A stretch of 13,128 bases of DNA from Thermoproteota archaeon (GCA_027491395.1 JAOZFI010000028.1:1-13128); one strand, 5' to 3'; counted from the stretch's first letter, positions 1 through 8,125 are shown. The notes: generated by a model from the letters alone, not told the origin. Translations and numbers: made by a program.

Positions 1-1134
1 GAGATAGATGGTGAGGAGTACCTGTTCTACGAAGCTCCAAAGCCTAACGTTTCCATGATCAGGGGAACTACGGCTGATGAGATGGGAAACATAACAATGG
101 AGAAGGAGGGCATATTCGGGACCGTGCTAGCCATCGCTCAAGCTGCGAAGGCCCAGCCGAATCCGGGGATAGTTATCGCTCAGGTGGAGAGGGAGGCGAG
201 GTTCGGCTCCCTGAATCCGAAGGATGTCCACGTGCCTGGGCCCTTGGTGGACTTCTTGGTCGTGGCTCCTCCCCAGTACCACTGGCAGAGCGGGACCATT
301 ATGTACGATCCTCGAATAAGCGGGACCATCATCCCACCGATAACCCCCAATCTGCTTCCAAAGATAGAGCTGAACGAGAGGAAGGTCATCGCGAGAAGGA
401 TAGCTTTAGAGATGGTGAGACTCGTGAACGAGAAGGGTGGTCCGATCCTAGTGAACCTAGGTATAGGCATCCCGGCCATGGTAACCAACGTCGCTGCTGA
501 GGAGGGGATATCAGATTACATAGTAACGACCATAGAGTCCGGACCTTGGGGCGGGCTGGCCCTTATGGGGGAGGACTTCGGTGTCTCCATAGGTCCCTTC
601 GCCATAATACCCATGCCGGACATGTTCACTAACTATGAAGGTGGGATAATAGACGCTGCTTCTCTAGGATTCATGCAGATAGACAAGGAGGGAAACGTTA
701 ACCCGTCCATGCTCCCAAACAGAATGCCCGGCCCGGGTGGTTTTCCAGTGATAGCCGCCGGATCTCCGAGGGTTTTCTTCGGTGGAGGATTCACAGCAGG
801 TAAGAAGAAGCTGAAGGTTGGGGAGGGGAAGCTTCTTATAGAGATGGATGGGAATGTGATCAAATTCGTCGAGAACGTTTACAAGATAGTCTTCAACGGG
901 AAGATCGCTCTGGAGGAGGGCAAGGAGGTACTCTATGTAACGGAGAGAGCGGTGTTCAGGCTGACCGACGAAGGGCTGGTGCTAGAGGAGGTGGCGCCAG
1001 GCGTTGACTTGGACAGGGATCTGTTATCCAAGATGGAGTTCAAGCCGATAATTGCTGACGATCTCAGGGATATGGATCCGAGGATATTCAGGGAGGGTAA
1101 GATGGGGCTGAAAGACGAGATAAAAAGGGGGTGA
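1..1134 (+). CDS. Family I acyl-CoA:acetate CoA-transferase (YdiF/propionate CoA-transferase type, fused alpha/beta), 5'-truncated by the window edge
   Basis: Frame is open from base 1 (EIDGEEYLFYEAPKPNVSMIRGTTADEMGNITMEKE). Family motifs IRGTTAD.GN, VNLGIGIP, catalytic Glu in TIESGPWGG, GPGGF, YVTERAVFRL and EVAPGVDL. Stop TGA at 1132-1134. Confidence 0.92.
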   Translation, partial: EIDGEEYLFYEAPKPNVSMIRGTTADEMGNITMEKEGIFGTVLAIAQAAKAQPNPGIVIAQVEREARFGSLNPKDVHVPGPLVDFLVVAPPQYHWQSGTIMYDPRISGTIIPPITPNLLPKIELNERKVIARRIALEMVRLVNEKGGPILVNLGIGIPAMVTNVAAEEGISDYIVTTIESGPWGGLALMGEDFGVSIGPFAIIPMPDMFTNYEGGIIDAASLGFMQIDKEGNVNPSMLPNRMPGPGGFPVIAAGSPRVFFGGGFTAGKKKLKVGEGKLLIEMDGNVIKFVENVYKIVFNGKIALEEGKEVLYVTERAVFRLTDEGLVLEEVAPGVDLDRDLLSKMEFKPIIADDLRDMDPRIFREGKMGLKDEIKRG

Positions 1135-1137
1135 GTG

Positions 1138-1190
1138 GATAAGGTTAGGGGAGCTCCCTCTTCAGCACTGGCGGGGGAGCTCCCCTTATC
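1138..1190. repeat. Imperfect inverted repeat at a convergent gene junction, possible terminator/RNA hairpin
   Basis: GATAAGG (1138-1144) is complementary to CCTTATC (1184-1190). The palindrome GGGAGCTCCC occurs twice (1149-1158, 1175-1184). Confidence 0.4.
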
Positions 1191-4100
1191 AACCTCGCAT
1201 CGAAGCCTCTCCTTTTAAGCTCCTTGAGCAGCTCCTCCCTGCCAGTGTATATTGGTACGCCCTCCCTGTCCGCTAGACCCAGAGCGGCTGAAAGCTCCTC
1301 ATCAGCTCCCCTCACGACTATCTTTCTCTTAGGGGCTTTCTCGACCTTTATAGCCCTGTCAACTATGAGCTTCTCTATGGAAGACATGAGAACTTGGTCC
1401 TTGCTCAGCTTATTGAAGGTCTCCATGGGTATCAATATCTCGTGGTCTTGAACTAGGTCATTGAGCACACCTCTCCTCGTCGCCCACTTCAGAGCCTCGT
1501 AATCCATCACTATCTTCTTGACTCCTTCCCTCCTCTTCACCGCTAGCAGGAGGGGAATCAGTGTCAGGGTGATCAGTATTATCCACCACGGGATCGATGG
1601 GAGAGATGGCAGCTCTATGCTGAATGTAGGTGGTGGAGCGACCCCTCTCTGGGCGGGACTGAACTCCACCTCCACCTTGACGCTTTTCCCGTATTTAGGC
1701 AGAGAGATTAGCACGCTCCCACCGGAGGACTCCTCGTCAGCTGGTGATACCTCGAACGTTATAGAGGCTGTACCACCCTTTGAAATAGAGATCTGCCACT
1801 CCAGCACGTTCCCCCTCACCCTAGGGGGTGAGGATACCCCCTCTATTCTGGAGCTTCCCTGCACGTATCTGAGCGATGGGTCTAGGTTCGCCAGTATCTT
1901 GACGGACCTCGCTCCAGTCGGGCTTGATACAGTTACCCTTATGCGGCTGTTACCTCCAAAGTTGCTGGCGGATGCCCTAAGGTCGACCACCTCAGGCGGG
2001 GGGGCAGGTGGTTTCGGCGGGGCGGGTTTCGACTTGGGCTTCACTGATATCAGCACGCTATCGGATGAGGAGTCGGCCCTAGCTACTACATTGAAGCTGC
2101 CGGACGTAGCCAGCAATTCAGCCCTGAAGCTGACCTCGACAGCCTTACCCGGATCCAAGGTCCCAATCTCCCACTTTAGCCTGTTATTCTCATTATCTGG
2201 CTCCCTTCGGAGACCTCCGACCATGGAGGTGCCTTTCACGTAGTCCAAGCCGCTTGTGAGGTCTACTGTGAGGGAGAGATCCTTGGATGGACCATCTCCT
2301 ATGTTGCTCACCCTAGCTACAAATGTGATAGGCGTCCCTGTCTCAGCTGATGTCGGTGTGGCCATCAGCTCGACCACCACCAAGGGAGGACTGGTTACCC
2401 CAGCCACTCCAGATACCCCGTTTTCGTCCCCGCTGTGCGAAGTGGGGATACTCCCTCTGGATCCTGACCCTGAGCTGTGCTGTCCTCTATATGATGATGA
2501 GATTCCTTGAGATCCCAATGACACTAAGACTATCGGGGGGCTGGTCAGCCTGTAGTTATGCGTCTCCTCCTCACTAGTCTGGGGGGCTTGGTCCTCTACG
2601 TCGTTGTTAGGTGGTATCCAGCCGCACGGTGGTGGAGTTCTCCTACGGGTCGATCCTCCGGTGTTCCAACCACTCTCAGGAGGTGGTGAGGGCGGCGGAT
2701 CCCTCACAAGCACGGAGACAGATGCCATGAAGGAGTCGTTGACGTACACTTTGTTATCCTTGGTGCCGTACGTTGTTGCTACGAGGGAATACATTACCCT
2801 CGCTACTTGGCCTGGATTCAGGGTGATATTGTACTTCAAATGTCTGCCCTCGATCACTGGACCGTCAACGGTCAGGTTGGATGAGAAGGACCCATTTACG
2901 TAATCCATCCCGGATGGAAGCAGGTCCTCCACCATCAGGAGGGCCGGCATGCCACCCGAATTGGTATGGATCACCGTGTAGTTCACGGTCTCGTTCACAT
3001 CCACCAGATCAGGCTGGGCCTCCTTGGTGACCTCTACTATGGCTGGGTTTATCACATTGACCTCATCAGTGTCGTTCCCCTCTTCGTAATCTCCATAGAA
3101 GACCACTAAGTTTTCCAAGGTCGTGCCGGCCGGGGCGTCGATCGAGACGTTGAATCTTATGACGACCTCCGAGTCGGCTGGCACATCTACCAACCAGCTC
3201 AGATTCCTGTCCTCTATTTCCGGCTCCACCATGTTGCCATCGACCCTCGCGGTTCCGTTGATGTATTCCATGCCCTCCGGCAGCACATCAGTTACCGTGA
3301 CGTTGTACGCGGTCCCATTGCCGTAATTCCTGATCAGGAGTAGGACTTCTGCAGTGGAATTGGGCGTCACCGTGGAAGGGTTGACGGACTTGGAGATGGT
3401 CAGATTCGTCGCCACAGCTGGCGCCTCGTATACCGGACCGAACTCTGAAGTCCCGTGAGGGAGCAGTGTAGTTAAAGCGGTCAGATTTATGGGCTTGGAG
3501 GCCAGCTCGGTGGGTAGATCTATCCATCCCAGGAATTCACCGTTCTCCGCCACCAGAGTGCCCAAGTACCTAAAGCCCTCCCCGTATCCGCTGGGATCCC
3601 CGTCAGACTGATAGATCTCCACGGCGGCACCGTCGAACTTGGAATTGGCACTATCAGATCCCTCCACATTTATGTAACCCCTCACTATGAGCTTGCTCCC
3701 GTAAACAGCAGCCCAAGAGAGGACGGGATAGTCAACTAGGTCGTTGGGACCTGTGGACAGCGAACCGTCGTTCAACGTCACGAAGTCGCTACCCAAATCT
3801 ATACCCAAGAGGGTGTTGTTGTAGGACGAGATCCTAGTAACTACATTACCGCGGGATGAGTTACCTTCCACTACTACGCCCGTGTACGAATTGTCGTGTA
3901 TCGATGTACCATTGATCACGTTGCCGGACGATCCGGAGAGGCCGGAAAGCAGCACACCCCATCTACATTCACTTATCTCCCCTCTGATCTCGTTATCGTT
4001 CCCATCTTGGATCCACACTCCGTACATGCTACCCGAGATCTCTGCATCTATCTCGTTACCCTCGCTCGCCTCCACGTAGATACCAGCTATAGTATTATTC

Positions 4101-5032
4101 TCTATCGTGGAATTCGTCAGAGAATTCCCGTTGGAGTGTGATACCACGGCCACTCCATAAACGTTTCCTCCAATGCTCATTCCGGTGAACCTATTGTTCT
4201 CGGACCTCAGGTAGACGTAGATACCGTAACCGTCGCTTCCGGAAGCCGTGTTGTTTACCGCCGCAACGTCGGAGAATGAGTTACCATCAGAATCTTCCAA
4301 GTAGATTCCGTACCATCCGTTCCTACCGGAGAACACGCTTGAAAATGTGTTGTTGGCCGAGTACTCCAGCAGCATCCCTCCCTCAGAGTTCCCGGTGGTG
4401 TTCACCTCTTCCACAGAGGTATCGGATGTGAACAGGAGGAGCAAACCCACCCTATTCCCATCAGCCGAGGAATTGTGGATTGCTGATATCACCGTTCCCT
4501 TCACATTGATCCCCACATTGGTGTTGTTGCCCGCGTCTATCCCGCTGAGGGTGATGTTTGAGCTCGATACGAGGTTGACCCCGAAGTAATTGCCAGTAGC
4601 GACTATGTTCCTGATGAGGCTCTCACTGGATAGCTGGACGTGTATTCCCGCCATCTGGGATCCTATGGCACCTACCACGGTGAAATTCTCCACCGTCACA
4701 TTTCTCACGTTCCACAGCTCTATGGTGTTTTGGGTGGTGTTCAGGGCCTCTATCCTGACCTGAGATGGGTCACCCACTCCCCTGAAAGAGATATCGCTCA
4801 CCGCGATCTTCACATTGTCCCTGTAGGTCCCGGGACAGACGAGTATTGTGTCCCCACGAGAGGCTGAAGAGAGGGCTTCGCTTGGTAGATCGAAGTACAG
4901 ATCACCAGAGACGCATGCCGTCCCGGTATGGACCACCAAGGTTCTTGGAGTGCTCGCCTTCAAACCGTAAGCTGGTAAGAGAAGTAGAAATATTAACAGC
5001 AGCGCGGATTTTACCTTCATGAGGCCTCGCAT
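1145..5032 (-). CDS. Large cell-surface glycoprotein: signal peptide, NosD/pectin-lyase-like right-handed beta-helix, four DUF11-like Ig repeats, Pro/Ser-rich linkers, one TM helix, cytoplasmic PIN-like domain
   Basis: 1295-aa ORF (alternative start ATG 5020). Signal peptide MKVKSALLLIFLLLLPAYG; GDTILVCPGTY and repeated N-x-x-GI-x-L beta-helix turns (~4940-3810); GIDLG..VTLND...GPN and GYGEG..YLG motifs; DUF11-like repeats (K-x-V-x-P...N-x-G...D-x-LP-x-G-x-x-YV-x-GS/T) at about 3406-3050, 3041-2705, 2383-2040 and 1990-1660; TM IPWWIILITLTLIPLLLAV followed by KRR (1538-1594); about 124-aa C-terminal tail. Confidence 0.88.
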   Translation of the reverse strand: MRGLMKVKSALLLIFLLLLPAYGLKASTPRTLVVHTGTACVSGDLYFDLPSEALSSASRGDTILVCPGTYRDNVKIAVSDISFRGVGDPSQVRIEALNTTQNTIELWNVRNVTVENFTVVGAIGSQMAGIHVQLSSESLIRNIVATGNYFGVNLVSSSNITLSGIDAGNNTNVGINVKGTVISAIHNSSADGNRVGLLLLFTSDTSVEEVNTTGNSEGGMLLEYSANNTFSSVFSGRNGWYGIYLEDSDGNSFSDVAAVNNTASGSDGYGIYVYLRSENNRFTGMSIGGNVYGVAVVSHSNGNSLTNSTIENNTIAGIYVEASEGNEIDAEISGSMYGVWIQDGNDNEIRGEISECRWGVLLSGLSGSSGNVINGTSIHDNSYTGVVVEGNSSRGNVVTRISSYNNTLLGIDLGSDFVTLNDGSLSTGPNDLVDYPVLSWAAVYGSKLIVRGYINVEGSDSANSKFDGAAVEIYQSDGDPSGYGEGFRYLGTLVAENGEFLGWIDLPTELASKPINLTALTTLLPHGTSEFGPVYEAPAVATNLTISKSVNPSTVTPNSTAEVLLLIRNYGNGTAYNVTVTDVLPEGMEYINGTARVDGNMVEPEIEDRNLSWLVDVPADSEVVIRFNVSIDAPAGTTLENLVVFYGDYEEGNDTDEVNVINPAIVEVTKEAQPDLVDVNETVNYTVIHTNSGGMPALLMVEDLLPSGMDYVNGSFSSNLTVDGPVIEGRHLKYNITLNPGQVARVMYSLVATTYGTKDNKVYVNDSFMASVSVLVRDPPPSPPPESGWNTGGSTRRRTPPPCGWIPPNNDVEDQAPQTSEEETHNYRLTSPPIVLVSLGSQGISSSYRGQHSSGSGSRGSIPTSHSGDENGVSGVAGVTSPPLVVVELMATPTSAETGTPITFVARVSNIGDGPSKDLSLTVDLTSGLDYVKGTSMVGGLRREPDNENNRLKWEIGTLDPGKAVEVSFRAELLATSGSFNVVARADSSSDSVLISVKPKSKPAPPKPPAPPPEVVDLRASASNFGGNSRIRVTVSSPTGARSVKILANLDPSLRYVQGSSRIEGVSSPPRVRGNVLEWQISISKGGTASITFEVSPADEESSGGSVLISLPKYGKSVKVEVEFSPAQRGVAPPPTFSIELPSLPSIPWWIILITLTLIPLLLAVKRREGVKKIVMDYEALKWATRRGVLNDLVQDHEILIPMETFNKLSKDQVLMSSIEKLIVDRAIKVEKAPKRKIVVRGADEELSAALGLADREGVPIYTGREELLKELKRRGFDARLIRGAPPPVLKRELP

Positions 5033-5118
5033 GGAGGTACCGAAAGAGCCATATATTGGGAAGAGGGCGCATGTAATGCGTCGTTAATCTCCTGCTATGA
5101 GGAACTAGGTGCTCGGAT
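5033..5118. promoter_or_regulatory. Divergent promoter region between the surface protein gene and topA
   Basis: AATATAT on the minus strand (5051-5057) lies about 20-25 nt upstream of ATG 5032. TTAAT (~5084-5088) and SD-like AGGTG (5107-5111) lie upstream of topA ATG 5119. Confidence 0.4.
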
Positions 5119-7278
5119 ATGACCACCCTAATACTCACAGAGAAGCCGAGGGTCGCCAAGAGGATATCCTCCATTCTCTCAAATAAACCTCAGCAGAAGA
5201 AGATCGGAAGACTGACCTACTACACCTTCGAGCTCGATGGCGAGGAGTACGTGGTAGTGCCAGCAGCTGGACACCTGCTGGAGCTCGACTATCCCGAGGG
5301 TAAGTGGGTCTATCCGATAATACTGCCCCCGGAGGAGCTTGTCCTGAGAGAGATAGATGGGAAGAGCCAGTTTCTAAGGGTGATAGAGAGGCTGGGGAGG
5401 AAGGCAGGTAGGATAATCATCGCAACGGATTTGGATGCTGAAGGGAGTTCCATAGCCCTCGAGATAATGAGAGCCTTGGGATGGGAGAAGGATAAGGAGA
5501 TTTACAGGATGGAGTTCTCATCCCTTAACGCTCAGGAGATAAAGGAAGCCTTCCGCAATCTCAAACCCTTCGACTATCCCAGAGCCAATGCAGGTTTCGC
5601 TAGGAGGGTTCTGGACCTGCAGTGGGGCGCTAATGTCTCGAGAGGGCTCACCCTGAGCACGAGGAAGAGGAGCTGGATAAAGGTGCTCAGTTCAGGTAGG
5701 GTTCAAGGACCCACTCTTTCTCTAATAGTGAAGAGGGAGCGGGAGATCAGAAACTTCGTTCCTAAGAAGTACTATGTCGTGACAGCACTGATGGAGAGTG
5801 GGAAGGGAAAGTTTGAGGTCAAGCTGGTGCCTCCTAAGGGTGAGGAGAGAGTATGGAGTAGGGAGTACGCGGAGAGGGCGGCCGAGGCCATCAGAGGAAA
5901 GGTGATCAAGGCCAAAGTCAGGTCTAGAAGGGTCTCGCTCGCTCCTCCCCCTCCCTTCGACGGCACTTCTATGCAGATCGAGGTGAGCAGGATAACGGGG
6001 CTGACCCCAAAGCTGATAGCAGACAGATCAACTGGAATCGCCCAGCAGTTGTATGAGGCAGGTCTCATTAGCTACATCGGAACGGAGAGTCAAAAGTACC
6101 CGAAAAACTGGACCAAGGAAGACTTCGTCAGGATGGTTGAGCTCATAGGAAGTTATTCCCCCCTCGAGGAGGACGCTTCCTTCGTGTTAAGGAACATGAG
6201 GGACAGGCCCGTGGAGGGGAAGAAGGACGATCCAGCTCATCCGACCATCCATGTTGTCGGGTCTCCCGAGGAGGAATTCCAGAGCAGGAACCACAGGCGA
6301 GTTTACGAGATAATAGCTAGAAGGAATCTGGCTACCCTTGCACCGGATGCCCTCATAAAGAGAGTGAATGTGGAGATCCCGGTGGAGGAATACAGGTTCA
6401 AGGCCAGCGGCGCCGCCCTATTAGAGGAGGGATGGCTCAGGGTCTACCCTTACGCCAAGAAAGATTATTTGATGCCTCCGGTGGACAATGGAGAGGAAGT
6501 TAAGTGCATCGACGTAAAGATAGAGGAGAAGGAGACCCAGCCTCCTAAGAGGTACACTCCGGTCTCGATAATTAAGGAGATGGAGAAGTTGGGATTGGGA
6601 ACAAAGAATACGAGGGTCCAGATACTGGACATACTCAGGGAGAGGGGGTACATAGAGGGGAAAAGTTTCAAGCCCACGCCGCTGGGGGAGGCGGTCGCGG
6701 AGGTGCTCGAGGAGTACGTTCCGGAACTCACAAGCCCGGAGCTCACTGCTAAGCTTGAAGAAGCCATGACGAAGATTGAGAGAGGGGAGTTGGACCACAG
6801 CTCCTTCCTCAGCGATGCGTTACTGAAACTGGAGCGGATAATGAGGGACTTCAAGAGTAAGGAAGGGCTCATCTCGGAGAAGCTGGCCAAGGCTGTTCAG
6901 GCATACAGGTTGTCCCAGAACATCGTCGGGAAATGCCCGAAGTGCGGAAGGGATCTCCTCCTCAAGAAGAGCAAGTACGGTTACTTCGTCATATGCTCCG
7001 GCTATCCTGACGAATGCGATGTGAAGTTCAACCTCTTACCTAGGGAACGCATATTGAGGGAGGAGTGCAAGTGTGGTCTCCCGCTGGTGGAAGGGGGGAT
7101 CAAAACTAAGAGTAAGAGGACCCTCAAGTACGTCAGGTGCTTGGGTAATTGCGAGGAAAGCCCGGTGAGGTGCGCCAAATGCGGCGGAGTGATGGTTCCG
7201 AAGAAAGGGAAGTTCGGGGTGTACCTGCAGTGCAGGGAGTGCGGATCAGTGAACTTCTTCAGAGTAAGAAAGCGCTGA
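5119..7278 (+). CDS. topA: Type IA DNA topoisomerase (archaeal TopA/Topo III-like) with three C-terminal Zn-ribbon modules; atypical active-site motif
   Basis: TOPRIM TEKP, AGHL, IATDLDAEG; SSGRVQGPTL; LYEAGLISY (Tyr319, codon 6073-6075); DPAHP; GLGTKNTR; Cys clusters CPKC..CSGYPDEC, CKC..CLGNC and CAKC..CREC. Confidence 0.93.
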   Translation: MTTLILTEKPRVAKRISSILSNKPQQKKIGRLTYYTFELDGEEYVVVPAAGHLLELDYPEGKWVYPIILPPEELVLREIDGKSQFLRVIERLGRKAGRIIIATDLDAEGSSIALEIMRALGWEKDKEIYRMEFSSLNAQEIKEAFRNLKPFDYPRANAGFARRVLDLQWGANVSRGLTLSTRKRSWIKVLSSGRVQGPTLSLIVKREREIRNFVPKKYYVVTALMESGKGKFEVKLVPPKGEERVWSREYAERAAEAIRGKVIKAKVRSRRVSLAPPPPFDGTSMQIEVSRITGLTPKLIADRSTGIAQQLYEAGLISYIGTESQKYPKNWTKEDFVRMVELIGSYSPLEEDASFVLRNMRDRPVEGKKDDPAHPTIHVVGSPEEEFQSRNHRRVYEIIARRNLATLAPDALIKRVNVEIPVEEYRFKASGAALLEEGWLRVYPYAKKDYLMPPVDNGEEVKCIDVKIEEKETQPPKRYTPVSIIKEMEKLGLGTKNTRVQILDILRERGYIEGKSFKPTPLGEAVAEVLEEYVPELTSPELTAKLEEAMTKIERGELDHSSFLSDALLKLERIMRDFKSKEGLISEKLAKAVQAYRLSQNIVGKCPKCGRDLLLKKSKYGYFVICSGYPDECDVKFNLLPRERILREECKCGLPLVEGGIKTKSKRTLKYVRCLGNCEESPVRCAKCGGVMVPKKGKFGVYLQCRECGSVNFFRVRKR

Positions 7279-7832
7279 TAACTGATCTGGATGGGACCTT
7301 AGTCGACCTCCACATAGATTGGGATTCTCTCAGGGAGAGGGTAAGAAGGGCGATGGGATGGGATCATCCCCTCAGGCCTTTGGGGAGGAGCATACCTCAA
7401 GCTGCAAGAAGTGAGGAGGAGGTTAAACGGGCATTCAAGATAGTCGAGGAGGAGGAATTAAAAGCAGCATCGAGGGCCCGACCGGACGAAGAACTGAGAA
7501 AATTCTTCGTTTCCTTAAGGAGGAAGGGCTTCCGATTAGGACTTGTAACGATGCAGGCCAGCAGATCGACCATTTTAGTCCTGAGGAATATGGATCTAGC
7601 CGATCTGTTCGACGTGATCGTCACTAGAGAGTACTCCCTGGACAGGAGAGAACAGTTAGTTTACGCTTTGAAAAAATTGGGTGTTAAGGGTGGGGATTGC
7701 GTATTTCTAGGGGACATGGAATGGGATGTAAGGTCCGGGAAGGAGATCGGGTGCCTCACCATATGCGTTGGGGGGAAGATAGAAGGTGCGGATCTCTATG
7801 TGCGAGACATCAGTGAAATATTCAAGTATTGA
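7239..7832 (+). CDS. HAD-superfamily hydrolase (subfamily IA, phosphoglycolate-phosphatase-like)
   Basis: Motif I KALITDLDGTL, motif II LGLVT, motif IV FLGDMEWD. Start uncertain: in-frame GTG 7239 chosen (40-nt overlap with the end of topA); the 7149 start in the ORF track is unlikely. Confidence 0.85.
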   Translation: MRISELLQSKKALITDLDGTLVDLHIDWDSLRERVRRAMGWDHPLRPLGRSIPQAARSEEEVKRAFKIVEEEELKAASRARPDEELRKFFVSLRRKGFRLGLVTMQASRSTILVLRNMDLADLFDVIVTREYSLDRREQLVYALKKLGVKGGDCVFLGDMEWDVRSGKEIGCLTICVGGKIEGADLYVRDISEIFKY

Positions 7833-8070
7833 CCAAGAGCTCGGGTTTCTCCTTTTCCAGCCTTTCAAGGAGCTTCTTCGCCCTTTCAGTGGCGTAAACC
7901 CTCATTCCGCCACCGCTGTAAGTGACCCTCACTAGGCCCTCACTCTCCAAATATTTGATGACCTTAACCCGGTATTCCCTCTTAGCAATTAGCTTGCTGG
8001 CCGTCATGCCCTTGTCGCCGCGCTTTACCAGCTCCTTTAGGATCCGAATATGGGACTTCAGTAATGCCAC
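7822..8070 (-). CDS. Small basic winged helix-turn-helix DNA-binding protein (MarR/ArsR-like fold)
   Basis: 82 aa, GTG start with strong SD GAGGAGGTGG. Pattern ILKEL...MTASKL...IKYLESEGLV...RVYATERAKKLL is typical of wHTH. Overlaps the convergent HAD gene by 11 nt. Confidence 0.78.
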   Translation of the reverse strand: MALLKSHIRILKELVKRGDKGMTASKLIAKREYRVKVIKYLESEGLVRVTYSGGGMRVYATERAKKLLERLEKEKPELLVNT

Positions 8071-8104
8071 TTGACCACCTCCTCATTCACTCTAGTACCG
8101 GTAT

Positions 8105-8125
8105 TCTTAATAAATGTTTACCGAC
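8105..8125 (-). promoter_or_regulatory. Putative TATA box of the wHTH gene
   Basis: The minus strand reads GGTAAACATTTATTAAG. TTTATTAA (8107-8114) is about 37 nt upstream of the start, leaving room for the SD-containing leader. Confidence 0.5.

Noticed and set aside
1518-2510. Long plus-strand ORFs (241 aa and 84 aa) antisense to the surface protein gene
   Set aside because: No SD or recognisable motifs; composition is the expected antisense shadow of a Ser/Pro/Gly/Val-rich gene.
4902-5174. 90-aa minus-strand ORF spanning the divergent promoter
   Set aside because: Overlaps the starts of both flanking genes and has no recognisable features.
7149-7238. N-terminal extension of the HAD ORF in the ORF track
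   Set aside because: Lies inside the topA Zn-ribbon coding region and has no HAD-like sequence; a later start is more plausible.
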